Positions 28,030 through 43,400 of a DNA stretch of 58,309 bases are shown here, piece by piece. The stretch's first letter is position 1, and each line of letters begins with the position of its first letter. The stretch comes from a bacterium. Lineage in GTDB: Bacteria > Krumholzibacteriota > Krumholzibacteriia > LZORAL124-64-63. The notes under the pieces were generated by a model, which saw only the letters and a list, made by a program, of their open reading frames with translations, did no database searches and was not told the DNA's origin. Location: assembly GCA_031441465.1 (NCBI GenBank), contig JANOEP010000032.1:1-58309 (forward strand). The letters are read 5' to 3'. The translations under genes and the position numbers were made by a program.

Positions 28030-28941
28030 ATGAAGAGCGACGACGGGCAACGGACGGGAATCTGCTACGGCCTGGCTGCTTTCGGCTGGTGGGGCTTCGT
28101 GCCGCTTTATTTCAAGGCGGTGTCGGGCGTTGCGCCCGTGGAGGTTCTGGCCCATCGGGTCTTGTGGTCGCTGCTGCTGCTGGCGACGCTGCTGGCGCTG
28201 CGCGGCCGCATCTCTTTGTTGGGAAAACTGTTACGTGACCGGCGCACGCTGGCGGTGCTGGCCTTGACCACGCTGCTGATCGCCGCGAACTGGCTGGTGT
28301 TCATCTGGGCGGTCGCCAACGACCGCGTCCTGCAGGCCAGTTTCGGCTATTTCGTCACGCCGTTGCTGAACGTGCTGCTGGGCGTGATCGTCCTGCGCGA
28401 ACGCCTGCGCCGGCTCCAGGCCGCGGCGGTGCTGCTGGCCGGGCTCGGGGTGCTGTGGCTGTCGGTGCGCCTGGGTGGACTGCCCCTGGTCTCGCTGGCC
28501 CTGGCCGGCAGTTTCAGTCTCTACGGTTTGCTGCGCAAGCTGATCCGGCCCGACGGGACGCTGGGGTTGGCCGCCGAAACCCTGTTGCTGGCGCCGGCGG
28601 CCCTGGCGTGGCTCCTACTGCGCGAGCAGGGCGCGGGCACGGCCTTCCTCCACGGCGGCGCCGGCACCGCCTGGCTGCTGGCGGCGGGCGGGATCGTGAC
28701 AGCCCTGCCCCTGATCTGGTTCGCCGAGGCGGCGCGCCGCCTGCGCTACGCCACGGTCGGCTTCCTGCAATACCTTTCCCCGACCCTGCAATTCCTGCTG
28801 GCCGTCGTCCTGTTTCACGAGCCCTTCACCGCCTCCCACGCCGTCGCCTTCGGGCTGATCTGGGCCGCTCTGGGTCTGTATTCCTGGGATGCGCTCCGCC
28901 ACGGCGAACCCCGACCGGCCTCGATCGTCAACACTCGTTAA
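28030..28941 (+). CDS. rarD: EamA-family transporter RarD
   Basis: WWGFVPLYFK, EVLAHRVLWS, ASFGYFVTPL, GFLQYLSPTLQF. Confidence 0.93.
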   Translation: MKSDDGQRTGICYGLAAFGWWGFVPLYFKAVSGVAPVEVLAHRVLWSLLLLATLLALRGRISLLGKLLRDRRTLAVLALTTLLIAANWLVFIWAVANDRVLQASFGYFVTPLLNVLLGVIVLRERLRRLQAAAVLLAGLGVLWLSVRLGGLPLVSLALAGSFSLYGLLRKLIRPDGTLGLAAETLLLAPAALAWLLLREQGAGTAFLHGGAGTAWLLAAGGIVTALPLIWFAEAARRLRYATVGFLQYLSPTLQFLLAVVLFHEPFTASHAVAFGLIWAALGLYSWDALRHGEPRPASIVNTR

Positions 28942-29015
28942 CTAATTTCTGGAACTCCCTAAGCTTCGGTATGCTTATAGCAGGGCCCCTGGCAACCACA
29001 CACCCGGAGGTCGAC

Positions 29016-29381
29016 ATGCGACACTTGTTCCTAGTTCCCTGCTTGGCCCTGACCCTGCTGGCCGTGGCCGATGCCGGCGCCACCAGCGGTCGCAAGAACG
29101 CTTGGCTCAACGCCTACCCCGACGCCTGCACGACGCTGCGCAGCGCCTGCAGCGCCTGCACCCTGTGCCACATCCCCGGTTCGGATCCGGACGTCGACAA
29201 CTTGGATAGCTACGGCGCCGACTACACCACGAACTGGCCGAACTACGGCGCCCTGGATTCCGACAACGACAGCGTGAGCAACGCCCAGGAGATCCTCGAC
29301 TGCACGTTCCCGAACGACCCGGAATCCCTGGTCCCGAACGAGGCCGGCAGCTGGGGCGCCGTCAAGAGCCTCTACCGCTGA
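29016..29381 (+). CDS. Small secreted CxxCH protein with DSDND loop and C-terminal SWGAVKSLYR motif
   Basis: GGAGG RBS, signal peptide, CTLCH, LDSDNDSVSNAQE. Confidence 0.85.
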   Translation: MRHLFLVPCLALTLLAVADAGATSGRKNAWLNAYPDACTTLRSACSACTLCHIPGSDPDVDNLDSYGADYTTNWPNYGALDSDNDSVSNAQEILDCTFPNDPESLVPNEAGSWGAVKSLYR

Positions 29382-29553
29382 CTTCCCCGGGGGAGGGCCG
29401 GCGCCCTCCCCCGCACTCCCTGCCTCGTTGGACCGGAACCATGGAGCCGCGCCTTTGGGAGTTGGCCGCGGCGGGTTCGTCTGTGCTATAGTTTCCGGGT
29501 TCCCTCGCGGCGACGCGCCGCCGACCGACCCGCAAACCACCAGGAAGACCAGC

Positions 29554-30666
29554 ATGACCGACGACCTCCGGACCGATGACCTCCTGCCCGACGACGCCCC
29601 CGAGAACGGCGACGAATTCGCCCGCCTGCTCGCCGACAGCGAACGGCGGACCCAGGACCAGACCCCCGAGCCCAAGACCGGCGACCAGCTCACGGGCAAG
29701 CTCGTCCAGATCGGCGACGAGGAGTGCTTCGTCGATTACGGCGGACGCAGCGAGTTGCCCATCAGCACCGTCGACCTGCAGGACGCCGAAGGCCAACTCA
29801 GGTTCGCCGTCGGCGACACCATCACGGCCTACGTGGTCGGCAAGGGCGACGAGCAGCGCCTCGCGTTGAAGCAGAAGGCGCAGGGCAAGGACACGCGCTT
29901 CCTCGAGGACGCGCTGCAGAGCGGCGTGCCGCTGACCGGCGCCGTGAAGGAGACCAACAAGGGCGGCTTCGTGGTCGACCTCGGCGGCCATCGCGCCTTC
30001 TGCCCCATCTCCCAGATCGACGACCAGTTCGTCAACGATCCTCCGGCATGGGTGGGCCGCAGCCTCGAGTTCCGCGTCATCGAGTTCGCCGACGGCGGCC
30101 GCCGGCTGGTGGTTTCCCGGCGGGCGCTGCTGCAGGAAGAGAAGGCGCGCCGCGGCAAGGAAACGCGCAAGACGCTCGCCGTCGGCGACGTGCGCGACGG
30201 CAAGGTCGTCCGCCTGATGCCCTACGGCGCCTTCATCGACATCGGCGGGGTCGAGGGCCTGGTCCACGTCTCGGAGATCAGCCACCACCGCATCGCGGAT
30301 CCCACCGAGGTCCTCCAGGAAGGCCAGACGGTCACCGTCAAGGTCACCGACCTGCAGAACATCGGCGAGGGCAAGACCGAGCGGGTCAGCCTGTCCATCA
30401 AGGCGCTCGATGGCGATCCCTGGCTGGAAGTCGCGGAGAAGCTGAAGCTGGGCGAGTGGGTCTCCGGCGTGGTGACCGGCATGGCGGACTTCGGCGCCTT
30501 CGTGGAATTGCTGCCGGGGGTCCGCGGGCTGGTGCACGTCTCGGCGCTCTCGCAGGAGCGGGTGCAGCACCCGAGCGACGTCGTGCGTGAGGGGCAGGAA
30601 GTGCAGGTCCGCATCGTGGAAGTCGACGTGCAGCGCAAGCGGATCTCGCTGTCGCTGGTCGGTTGA
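29554..30666 (+). CDS. S1 RNA-binding domain protein (four S1 repeats, RpsA-like)
   Basis: RAFCPISQID, YGAFIDIGGVEGLVHVSEIS, FGAFVELLPGVRGLVHVS. Confidence 0.92.
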   Translation: MTDDLRTDDLLPDDAPENGDEFARLLADSERRTQDQTPEPKTGDQLTGKLVQIGDEECFVDYGGRSELPISTVDLQDAEGQLRFAVGDTITAYVVGKGDEQRLALKQKAQGKDTRFLEDALQSGVPLTGAVKETNKGGFVVDLGGHRAFCPISQIDDQFVNDPPAWVGRSLEFRVIEFADGGRRLVVSRRALLQEEKARRGKETRKTLAVGDVRDGKVVRLMPYGAFIDIGGVEGLVHVSEISHHRIADPTEVLQEGQTVTVKVTDLQNIGEGKTERVSLSIKALDGDPWLEVAEKLKLGEWVSGVVTGMADFGAFVELLPGVRGLVHVSALSQERVQHPSDVVREGQEVQVRIVEVDVQRKRISLSLVG

Positions 30667-30708
30667 CCGGTCCGTCGCGCGAAGCGGCGGAGGTTCCGGG
30701 GGGACGGC

Positions 30709-31875
30709 TCAGGCCGTCCCCTTTTCCTTGCGGATGGCGGTGATCGCCTCGGCCAGACGGTCGGCGGCGTGGTCGACCTCTGCGGCCGTCGTGCCGCGGC
30801 CCAGGCTCAGCCGGATGGAGCTGCGGGCTCGGTCGGGGTCCAGGCCGATCGCGAGCAGCGCCGCCGGCGGCTTCCCCTCGCCGCTGGTGCAGGCCGCGCC
30901 GGCCGAGAAGGCCAGCGTCGGCACGGCGCGCATCAGCGAACCGGCGGGCACGCCGGGGATCAGCAGATTCAGGCAGCCCGGCAAGCGCGCGCGGGCGTCG
31001 CCGTTCAGGACGAGGTCGCCGATCCGGTCGGCCAGGCGCGCGTACAGGCGGGCGCCCAGTTCGCGCAGCCGCACGGCGTCCCCGTCGTGCCGCGCGAGCG
31101 CCAGGCGGCAAGCCACGCCCATACCCACCACAGCCGGCACGTTGAGTGTCCCGGCGCGCAAACCGTGTTCCTGACCGCCGCCGGTCAGTTGCGGTTTCAA
31201 GTCCACCCGGGGATCGCGGGACCTCACGATCAGGGCGCCGGCGCCCTTCGGGCCGTAGATCTTGTGGGCCGAAAGCGAGAGCAGGCCGAGGCCGTCGGTG
31301 CGGAAATCGAGCGGCACCTTGCCGGCGGCCTGGGCGGCGTCGACGTGACAGACGACTCCCCGCTCGCGGCAGGCCGCGGCGATCTGCGGCCAGGGCTGCA
31401 GGGTCCCGATCTCGTTCTGGGCGGCGTTGACCGTGACCAGCCGCGTGTCATCGGTCAGGGCGGCGGCGACCGCGTCGGCGCGGACCAGGCCGTCCGGCCC
31501 GCAAGGCACGCGCACGACCTGCCAGCCGCGCGCCGCGAGGTCGTCGAGAGTGCGGTCGACCGAGGAGTGCTCGAGGGTGGTGGAGACGATGCGCCCCATC
31601 TGCGGCCACCGGTCCGCCGTGCCGCGCAGCGCGAGGTTGTTGGCTTCGGTGGCCCCGCTGGTGAACACCACCTCGCGCGGTTCGCTGCCCACCAGGGCGG
31701 CAACGTCCGCACGGGCGCTCTCGGCCAGGGCGTTGGCCGACCAGCCGAAGGCGTGCGTCCCGCTCGAGGCGTTGCCGAAATGGTCCCGCATGGCCTCGGT
31801 CACCGCGGCGAGGACCGCGGGGTCCACGGGCGTGGACGCCAGATGGTCCAGGTAGATCGGCGTCCTGATCGGCAT
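30709..31875 (-). CDS. iscS: Cysteine desulfurase (IscS/NifS group I)
   Basis: FTSGATEANN, HVDAAQ, SAHKIYGPKG, SAGAAC; adjacent to nadA. Confidence 0.9.
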   Translation of the reverse strand: MPIRTPIYLDHLASTPVDPAVLAAVTEAMRDHFGNASSGTHAFGWSANALAESARADVAALVGSEPREVVFTSGATEANNLALRGTADRWPQMGRIVSTTLEHSSVDRTLDDLAARGWQVVRVPCGPDGLVRADAVAAALTDDTRLVTVNAAQNEIGTLQPWPQIAAACRERGVVCHVDAAQAAGKVPLDFRTDGLGLLSLSAHKIYGPKGAGALIVRSRDPRVDLKPQLTGGGQEHGLRAGTLNVPAVVGMGVACRLALARHDGDAVRLRELGARLYARLADRIGDLVLNGDARARLPGCLNLLIPGVPAGSLMRAVPTLAFSAGAACTSGEGKPPAALLAIGLDPDRARSSIRLSLGRGTTAAEVDHAADRLAEAITAIRKEKGTA

Positions 31876-31886
31876 CGTGACTCCCG

Positions 31887-32843
<957 letters not shown>

Positions 32844-32919
32844 GGCCGGGGTCCTTCCTGATGGCGTCCAGGGTCTTGCGGCCATAGTCGCCACAGGCGC
32901 CCGGCTGGGCAAGTCCTTA

Positions 32920-32948
32920 TGGACAACCCCCCCCCGGATGCTTAATAT
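32920..32948 (+). promoter_or_regulatory. Putative sigma70 promoter with a C9 tract in the spacer
   Basis: TGGACA-N17-TAATAT upstream of the lipoprotein gene. Confidence 0.5.
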
Positions 32949-33036
32949 TCATGAGCCGCCGGGCCGTCGGCGAGCGGATCGCGACGGCTTGCCCGGCGTC
33001 CATCACCCCACATCAGCCTCGAGGGACCGAAGCGAC

Positions 33037-34194
33037 ATGACACAAGGAACTTCGAGCGATCGTTGCGGCGCCGCGGTGCCCCGGTCGACGGTGACTTTCC
33101 GCGTCCTGGTCGCGCTGGCCGCCCTGTTGTTGGCGTGCCTGGCGTTCATCGGTTGCGGTGAAGACGACCCGCCGACCGTCAACCAGTCCCCCTTCCCCGA
33201 GCCCGCCCCCGCCTTCCGGCTGATGTCGGTCTGGGGCACGGGCCCGCTGGACGTGTTCGCCGTGGGCCAGCCGGGGGTCATCCTCCACTACGACGGCGAT
33301 TGGACGCTGGACACGGTACCGGACACGACCCTCACCGCGGTGTGGGGCGCCTCGTCCAGCGACGTCTACGCCTGCGGCCACAACGGCGCGATCTGGCACT
33401 TCGACGGCGCCGGCTGGAGCCGCCAGAACAGCGGCACCGGTCAGGACCTCTTCGACATCGGTCGCGGCCCTTACGGCGACGTCTTCGCCGTCGGCAAGAA
33501 CGGCACAGTCCTGCGCCGCAGCGGCGCCGGCTGGGCGCCGGAAGAGAACCGGGCCTACCGCTACGCCCTGACCGGCGTCCCGATCGACACGCTCATCTTC
33601 AATCTGGACTGGGACACCGTCACGCGCATCACGCCGTTCGCCATCGGCGGCGACCGGGCCAACGTGATCATGGAGAACGAGCAGGAAGGTTTCGACCACC
33701 GCTGGCTCTGGGGCAACTTCGAGGATCCCCTGTACAACCTGATCAGCGCGGCCAACGCCAGCGACGTGCTCAACGACAATTTCATGGCCAGCGAATCGGG
33801 CAAGCTCTTCTACCTCTCGGAGAACCTGGACGGGGTCAGGGAGTGGAAGCTGCTGCGCCGACCCAACGGCATCCAGGCCTTCCCCTCGACCTACCCCGAG
33901 AGCATCTCCGGGCTCTGGCTCGACACCGCCGCCGGCACCCTCTACCTCACGACGCCGTACGGCAAGGTGTCCACGATCTCGCGCAACGGCGCCCTGACGA
34001 GCACCGTCCTGGCCACCACCGGCTGGTTCACGGACATCTGGGGCTCCTCGGGCGCGGACATCTTCGTCACGGGCTACAACGGCGCCCTCTATCATTTCGA
34101 CGGCAACAATTGGACCCGCATGACCGTACCCGAGCCGCAGGACGCCGGCAAGGCCCTGCCCCTGACCGACGAGACCGGCAGGTCCGTCTACTGA
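33037..34194 (+). CDS. Beta-propeller lipoprotein (WGxxxxDVFAVG repeats)
   Basis: FIGC lipobox; repeats VWGTGPLDVFAVG, VWGASSSDVYACG, IWGSSGADIFVTG. Confidence 0.82.
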   Translation: MTQGTSSDRCGAAVPRSTVTFRVLVALAALLLACLAFIGCGEDDPPTVNQSPFPEPAPAFRLMSVWGTGPLDVFAVGQPGVILHYDGDWTLDTVPDTTLTAVWGASSSDVYACGHNGAIWHFDGAGWSRQNSGTGQDLFDIGRGPYGDVFAVGKNGTVLRRSGAGWAPEENRAYRYALTGVPIDTLIFNLDWDTVTRITPFAIGGDRANVIMENEQEGFDHRWLWGNFEDPLYNLISAANASDVLNDNFMASESGKLFYLSENLDGVREWKLLRRPNGIQAFPSTYPESISGLWLDTAAGTLYLTTPYGKVSTISRNGALTSTVLATTGWFTDIWGSSGADIFVTGYNGALYHFDGNNWTRMTVPEPQDAGKALPLTDETGRSVY

Positions 34195-34265
34195 CCCGCC
34201 AACACCACGCGCCCGGCCGCCGGACGGCGGCCGGGCCGCCCTTGACCCGACCCTGGAGGTAACCC

Positions 34266-36188
34266 ATGCACCGGACGGTTCGCCGGCTGACAGCGTTCGT
34301 CTCCGTCACGCTGGCCCTGCTCGCGCTCGCCCTGCCCGCCCTGGCCTACGACCCCGATCCCGCAACGCCGCGCAGCGAGATTCCCCAGCAGTACCAGTGG
34401 CGTTACGACCACGTCTTCCCGTCGGTCGCCGCCTGGGAGCAGGAACTGGCGGCGGTCGAGGCGCTGGTGCCGACGCTCGGCGAGTTCGAGGGCCACCTCG
34501 GCGAATCGGCCGACAGCCTGTACGGCGCCCTGAAGACGACCGAAGACTTCGTGCAGCGGCTCTACAAGCTCTACGCCTACACCCAGTTGCGCCTGGACCC
34601 CGAATTGTCCGACGCCGGGAACCAGCAGATGCAGGGCAAGGTCGGCTTCCTGTTCCAGGAGTTCGGCAGCGTCGTCTCCTACATGGAGCCCGAGATCCTC
34701 GAGGTCGACCAGGCGGTCATCAACGGCTACATCGCCGCGAAGCCCGAGCTGAAGATCTACCAGTTCTACTTCGACAACATGTTCCGCATGAAGCAGTACT
34801 CCCTGAGCAAGGCCGAGGAGCGCGTGCTGTCGATGGCCGGCCAGGTCCGCGGCGCGTCGGCCGAGGTCAGCGAGAAACTGCGCGACATCGACCTGAAGTT
34901 CCCGCCGGTCGTCCGCGAGGACGGTTCGATGGAACCGCTGACCCTCGCCGGCTGGGGCCGGGCCCGCTCGAGCGAGTCCTACAACGTGCGCCGCCAGGCC
35001 ACGGACGTCTTCTTCACGACCTTCCGCCAGTACGAGAACACGCTGGCGGCGACCCTCGACGGCGTCGTGAAGTCGCACCTGTTGACCAAGGAACTGCGCG
35101 GCTACGACAGCTGCCTCGAGGCGGCGCTCAAGGGCGACAACATCAGCACCGCCACCTACCGGATGCTGATCGACACGATCAACGCCAACCTCGCGCGCAC
35201 CATGCACCGGTACGTGGACCTGCGCCGCAAGGTCATGGGCATCGAGGGGCCGCTCACCTTCCCGAACCTCTACAACCCCATGCTCGAGGACGTCGAGGTC
35301 AACTACACCTACGAGGAGGGACGCGCCCTGATGCTGAAGGGTCTCGCTCCGCTGGGCAAGGAGTACGTCGGACTGCTGGCCACGGGCACCGACCCCGCCA
35401 ACGGCTGGATCGACATCTTCCCCAACCAGTCCAAGCGCACGGGCGCCTACAGCACCGGCATCGTCGCCCGCGACATCCACCCCTTCGTGTTGCACAACTT
35501 CGACAACACGCTCGACGCGGTCTTCACCACCGCCCACGAGTACGGCCACGCGCTGCACTCCTACTACTCCAGCAAGTACCAGCCGCCGGTGTACTCCGAC
35601 TACACGACCTTCCTGGCCGAGGTCGCCTCGACCTGCAACGAGGAAGTGCTGCTTAGCTACATGCTGAAGCAGGAGAAGGACCCCGAGCGCACCCTGATGC
35701 TGCTGAACGAGCGCCTCGAGAAGATCCGCCTGACCGTCTTCCGCCAGACGCTCTTCGCCGAGTTCGAGCTGCGCTACCACGAGTACGCCGAAGGCGACGA
35801 AACCCTGACCGCCGACTACCTCAACGGCCTGTACAAGGAGCTGATCCAGAAGTACTACGGCCCCAACTACGAGATGGGTCCGAACGACGAGGTGGAGTGG
35901 GCCTTCATCCCCCACTTCAACTACAACTTCTACGTCTTCTCCTACGCCACCGGCCTGACCAGCGGCATCTCCCTGGCCCAGCAGATCATGGCCAAGGGCG
36001 AGCCCGCCGCCACGCGCTACATCGACGGCATGCTCAAGGGCGGCTCCAGCGCCCCCCCGTTGACGCTGCTGAAGAACGCGGGCGTGGATCTCGAAACCCC
36101 GGCGCCGATCCTGACGATGCTCGATCTCTTCGAGAAGACCATCGCCGACTTCGACGCCCTCTGGACGAAGACCTACGCCGTGAAGTAG
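34266..36188 (+). CDS. pepF: Oligoendopeptidase F (M3B) with signal peptide
   Basis: KRTGAYS, TTAHEYGHALHS, FLAEVASTCNE, FRQTLFAEFE, WAFIPHF. Confidence 0.95.
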   Translation: MHRTVRRLTAFVSVTLALLALALPALAYDPDPATPRSEIPQQYQWRYDHVFPSVAAWEQELAAVEALVPTLGEFEGHLGESADSLYGALKTTEDFVQRLYKLYAYTQLRLDPELSDAGNQQMQGKVGFLFQEFGSVVSYMEPEILEVDQAVINGYIAAKPELKIYQFYFDNMFRMKQYSLSKAEERVLSMAGQVRGASAEVSEKLRDIDLKFPPVVREDGSMEPLTLAGWGRARSSESYNVRRQATDVFFTTFRQYENTLAATLDGVVKSHLLTKELRGYDSCLEAALKGDNISTATYRMLIDTINANLARTMHRYVDLRRKVMGIEGPLTFPNLYNPMLEDVEVNYTYEEGRALMLKGLAPLGKEYVGLLATGTDPANGWIDIFPNQSKRTGAYSTGIVARDIHPFVLHNFDNTLDAVFTTAHEYGHALHSYYSSKYQPPVYSDYTTFLAEVASTCNEEVLLSYMLKQEKDPERTLMLLNERLEKIRLTVFRQTLFAEFELRYHEYAEGDETLTADYLNGLYKELIQKYYGPNYEMGPNDEVEWAFIPHFNYNFYVFSYATGLTSGISLAQQIMAKGEPAATRYIDGMLKGGSSAPPLTLLKNAGVDLETPAPILTMLDLFEKTIADFDALWTKTYAVK

Positions 36189-36212
36189 GCCCGTCGTCCG
36201 GGATGGGAACAG

Positions 36213-36247
36213 CAGGGGCCCCGCCGGCGGCGGGGCCCCTGTCGTTT
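36213..36247. terminator. Hairpin between convergent pepF and tRNA-Lys
   Basis: CAGGGGCCCCGCC-GGC-GGCGGGGCCCCTG. Confidence 0.7.
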
Positions 36248-36265
36248 CGGCGCGGGTGCGCGGGA

Positions 36266-36341
36266 TGGTAGGCCGCCCTGGACTCGAACCAGGTACCACC
36301 TGATTAAAAGTCAGGTGCTCTGCCAGATGAGCTAGCGGCCC
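36266..36341 (-). tRNA. tRNA-Lys(TTT)
   Basis: Loop CT TTT AA, CCA. Confidence 0.97.
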
Positions 36342-36381
36342 GTCGGGAAGCGGGCGGGCGGCGCGCAGGCCGCCCGGCCGG

Positions 36382-36410
36382 AAGATAGCGGAACCCCGCA
36401 GGAGTGTCAA
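36382..36410 (-). promoter_or_regulatory. sigma70 promoter of tRNA-Lys
   Basis: TTGACA-N17-TATCTT. Confidence 0.75.
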
Positions 36411-36427
36411 AGCGCACGGACGTGTGG

Positions 36428-37837
<1,410 letters not shown>

Positions 37838-38266
37838 CTAACGGCCGGTGAACATGGCCTTCAACTCGCCCCAGGTCTTCTCGTCGAGGATGCCGGCCGA
37901 ACAGCCCGGCTCGCCCGGGTTGCTGGATTCCGCGAGCACGCCTCCGTCGGGATGGCCGTTGCCGTCGCTGTCCCCCACTTCTGAACCGTTGGTGCACCCG
38001 TCCTCGTCGGAATCCAGGCTGGCCAGCGTGGCGTTCCAGAGGAAGAAGTTGTCGCGAAAATCCTGGCCGAAGGAGTTCAGAGCCGAGCTGGTGGACGTGG
38101 GGGCCGACTCGACGTGGCAATTCAGGCAGGCGAACGGCGCACTGACCGGCAACTGACCCATCATCGTTTCGGTCGCCGAAGCGACCGACACGGATAGGAT
38201 CAACAGCACGACAACGCTGGAGCCGATCGATAGCTTACGCTCCACGGGCCTCCCATCTGCCATCAT
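37838..38266 (-). CDS. Small exported CxxCH / temptin-like protein with variant C-terminal TWGELKAMFTGR motif
   Basis: Hydrophobic N-region ending ASA, CLNCH, LNSFGQDF..W..L..LDSDEDGCTNGSE. Start uncertain. Confidence 0.8.
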   Translation of the reverse strand: MMADGRPVERKLSIGSSVVVLLILSVSVASATETMMGQLPVSAPFACLNCHVESAPTSTSSALNSFGQDFRDNFFLWNATLASLDSDEDGCTNGSEVGDSDGNGHPDGGVLAESSNPGEPGCSAGILDEKTWGELKAMFTGR

Positions 38267-38328
38267 GATAACACCCGGCGGCGAAGCCTGTCAACGCCCA
38301 GCCAGGCGTCCGGTTCCCATTCCGGGGT

Positions 38329-38913
38329 TCAGTCCGGCACGGCCAGCATCGCCCCGAACCAGGACAGGATCTCGTCGCGTCCCAGCGCCCCGGCGGCCGA
38401 CGTCGGGAAAAACGGCGTCGCCGGGTCGAGTTCCAGGGTCGTCGCGATGTCGCGGAACCTCTCCGGCAGCTTGGTCTTGCCCAGCTTGTCGATCTTGGTC
38501 ACGGCGATCGCGAACGGCACCCCCGCCTCGCGCAGCCAGTCCGTCATGCGGCGGTCCTCTTCGGTGGGGCGGTGCCGGACGTCCAGCAGCTGCAGGACGG
38601 CCAAGGGCCGGTCCCCGGCGAACAGGTAGGCCCGCATCAGGCGCAGCCATTCCTCCCGGAGGTCCCGGCCGACCTTGGCGAAGCCGTAGCCGGGCAAGTC
38701 CACCAGGTAGTAGGTGTCTTCGACCAGGAAATAGTTCAATAAACGGGTTTTTCCCGGCTTGCCGCTGATCTTGGCCATGGCCTTGCGGGCCAGGACGTGG
38801 TTGATCAGGGACGATTTCCCGCAGTTGCTGCGCCCGACGAAGGCGAACTCCTGCAGGACGCGCTCCGGCCGCAGGGCCAGGTTGGGGGCGCTGGTGATGA
38901 ATTCCACATGCAA
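38329..38913 (-). CDS. engB: Ribosome biogenesis GTPase EngB/YihA/YsxC
   Basis: GRSNCGKSSLIN, PGKT, DLPGYG, TKIDK. Confidence 0.95.
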   Translation of the reverse strand: MHVEFITSAPNLALRPERVLQEFAFVGRSNCGKSSLINHVLARKAMAKISGKPGKTRLLNYFLVEDTYYLVDLPGYGFAKVGRDLREEWLRLMRAYLFAGDRPLAVLQLLDVRHRPTEEDRRMTDWLREAGVPFAIAVTKIDKLGKTKLPERFRDIATTLELDPATPFFPTSAAGALGRDEILSWFGAMLAVPD

Positions 38914-38934
38914 CGTCGCGCCCCCGGTCCCGGT

Positions 38935-41346
<2,412 letters not shown>

Positions 41347-41454
41347 GTCTCTCCTGGCTGCGGCTACGGGACGCGGCGGCTACGGGACGCGGCGGCGGGG
41401 GGCGAAGCGGCGCGCGGCCGCCTGCGCCGCCCCTCTGGTCGGATCCTGGTTCGG

Positions 41455-42717
<1,263 letters not shown>

Positions 42718-42755
42718 GGTGCCTCCTGCACGCGGGTCCCGCGGGCCGTCGAGCC

Positions 42756-43352
42756 TCAGTCCTTGACGATCTCGGCGCGCTTCTCGATCACCTTGTCGAC
42801 CAGCCCGTAGTCGCGGGCCTCGCCGGCGGACATGAAGAAGTCGCGGTCGCTGTCGCGGGTGATCCGCTCGACGGACTGCCCGGTGTGCTTGGACATCAGA
42901 CCGTAGAGGAGGTCCTTCATGTAGAGGATCTCCTTCGCGTAGATCTCGATCATGCTGGCCTGGCCCTGGCTGCCGCCCAGGGGCTGGTGGATCATCATGC
43001 GCGAGTTGACCAGCGCCGAGCGCTTGCCCGCCGCGCCGGCGGCCAGCAGCACGGCGCCCATGCTGGCGGCCTGGCCCATGCAGATCGTGGCCACGTCGTT
43101 GGAAATGTACTGCATCGTGTCGTAGATCGCCAAACCGGCGGAGATGCTGCCGCCGGGGCTGTTGACGTACAGGAAGATGTCGCGCTCGGGATCCTCCGCC
43201 TGCAGGAATAGCAGCTGGGCGATGATCACGTTGGCGACGTTGTCGTCGATCGCCGTGCCCAGGAAGATGATTCGGTCCTTGAGCAGCCGCGAGTAGATGT
43301 CGTAGGACCGCTCGCCCTGGCTGGTCTGTTCAACGACGTAGGGGATCAGCAT
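42756..43352 (-). CDS. clpP: ClpP protease
   Basis: [28 protein letters not shown]. Confidence 0.98.
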   Translation of the reverse strand: MLIPYVVEQTSQGERSYDIYSRLLKDRIIFLGTAIDDNVANVIIAQLLFLQAEDPERDIFLYVNSPGGSISAGLAIYDTMQYISNDVATICMGQAASMGAVLLAAGAAGKRSALVNSRMMIHQPLGGSQGQASMIEIYAKEILYMKDLLYGLMSKHTGQSVERITRDSDRDFFMSAGEARDYGLVDKVIEKRAEIVKD

Positions 43353-43400
43353 CTCGTTGCCTCCGTATGGGTTCCGTCCCTGCCGGCCGCGGCGGCCGGC

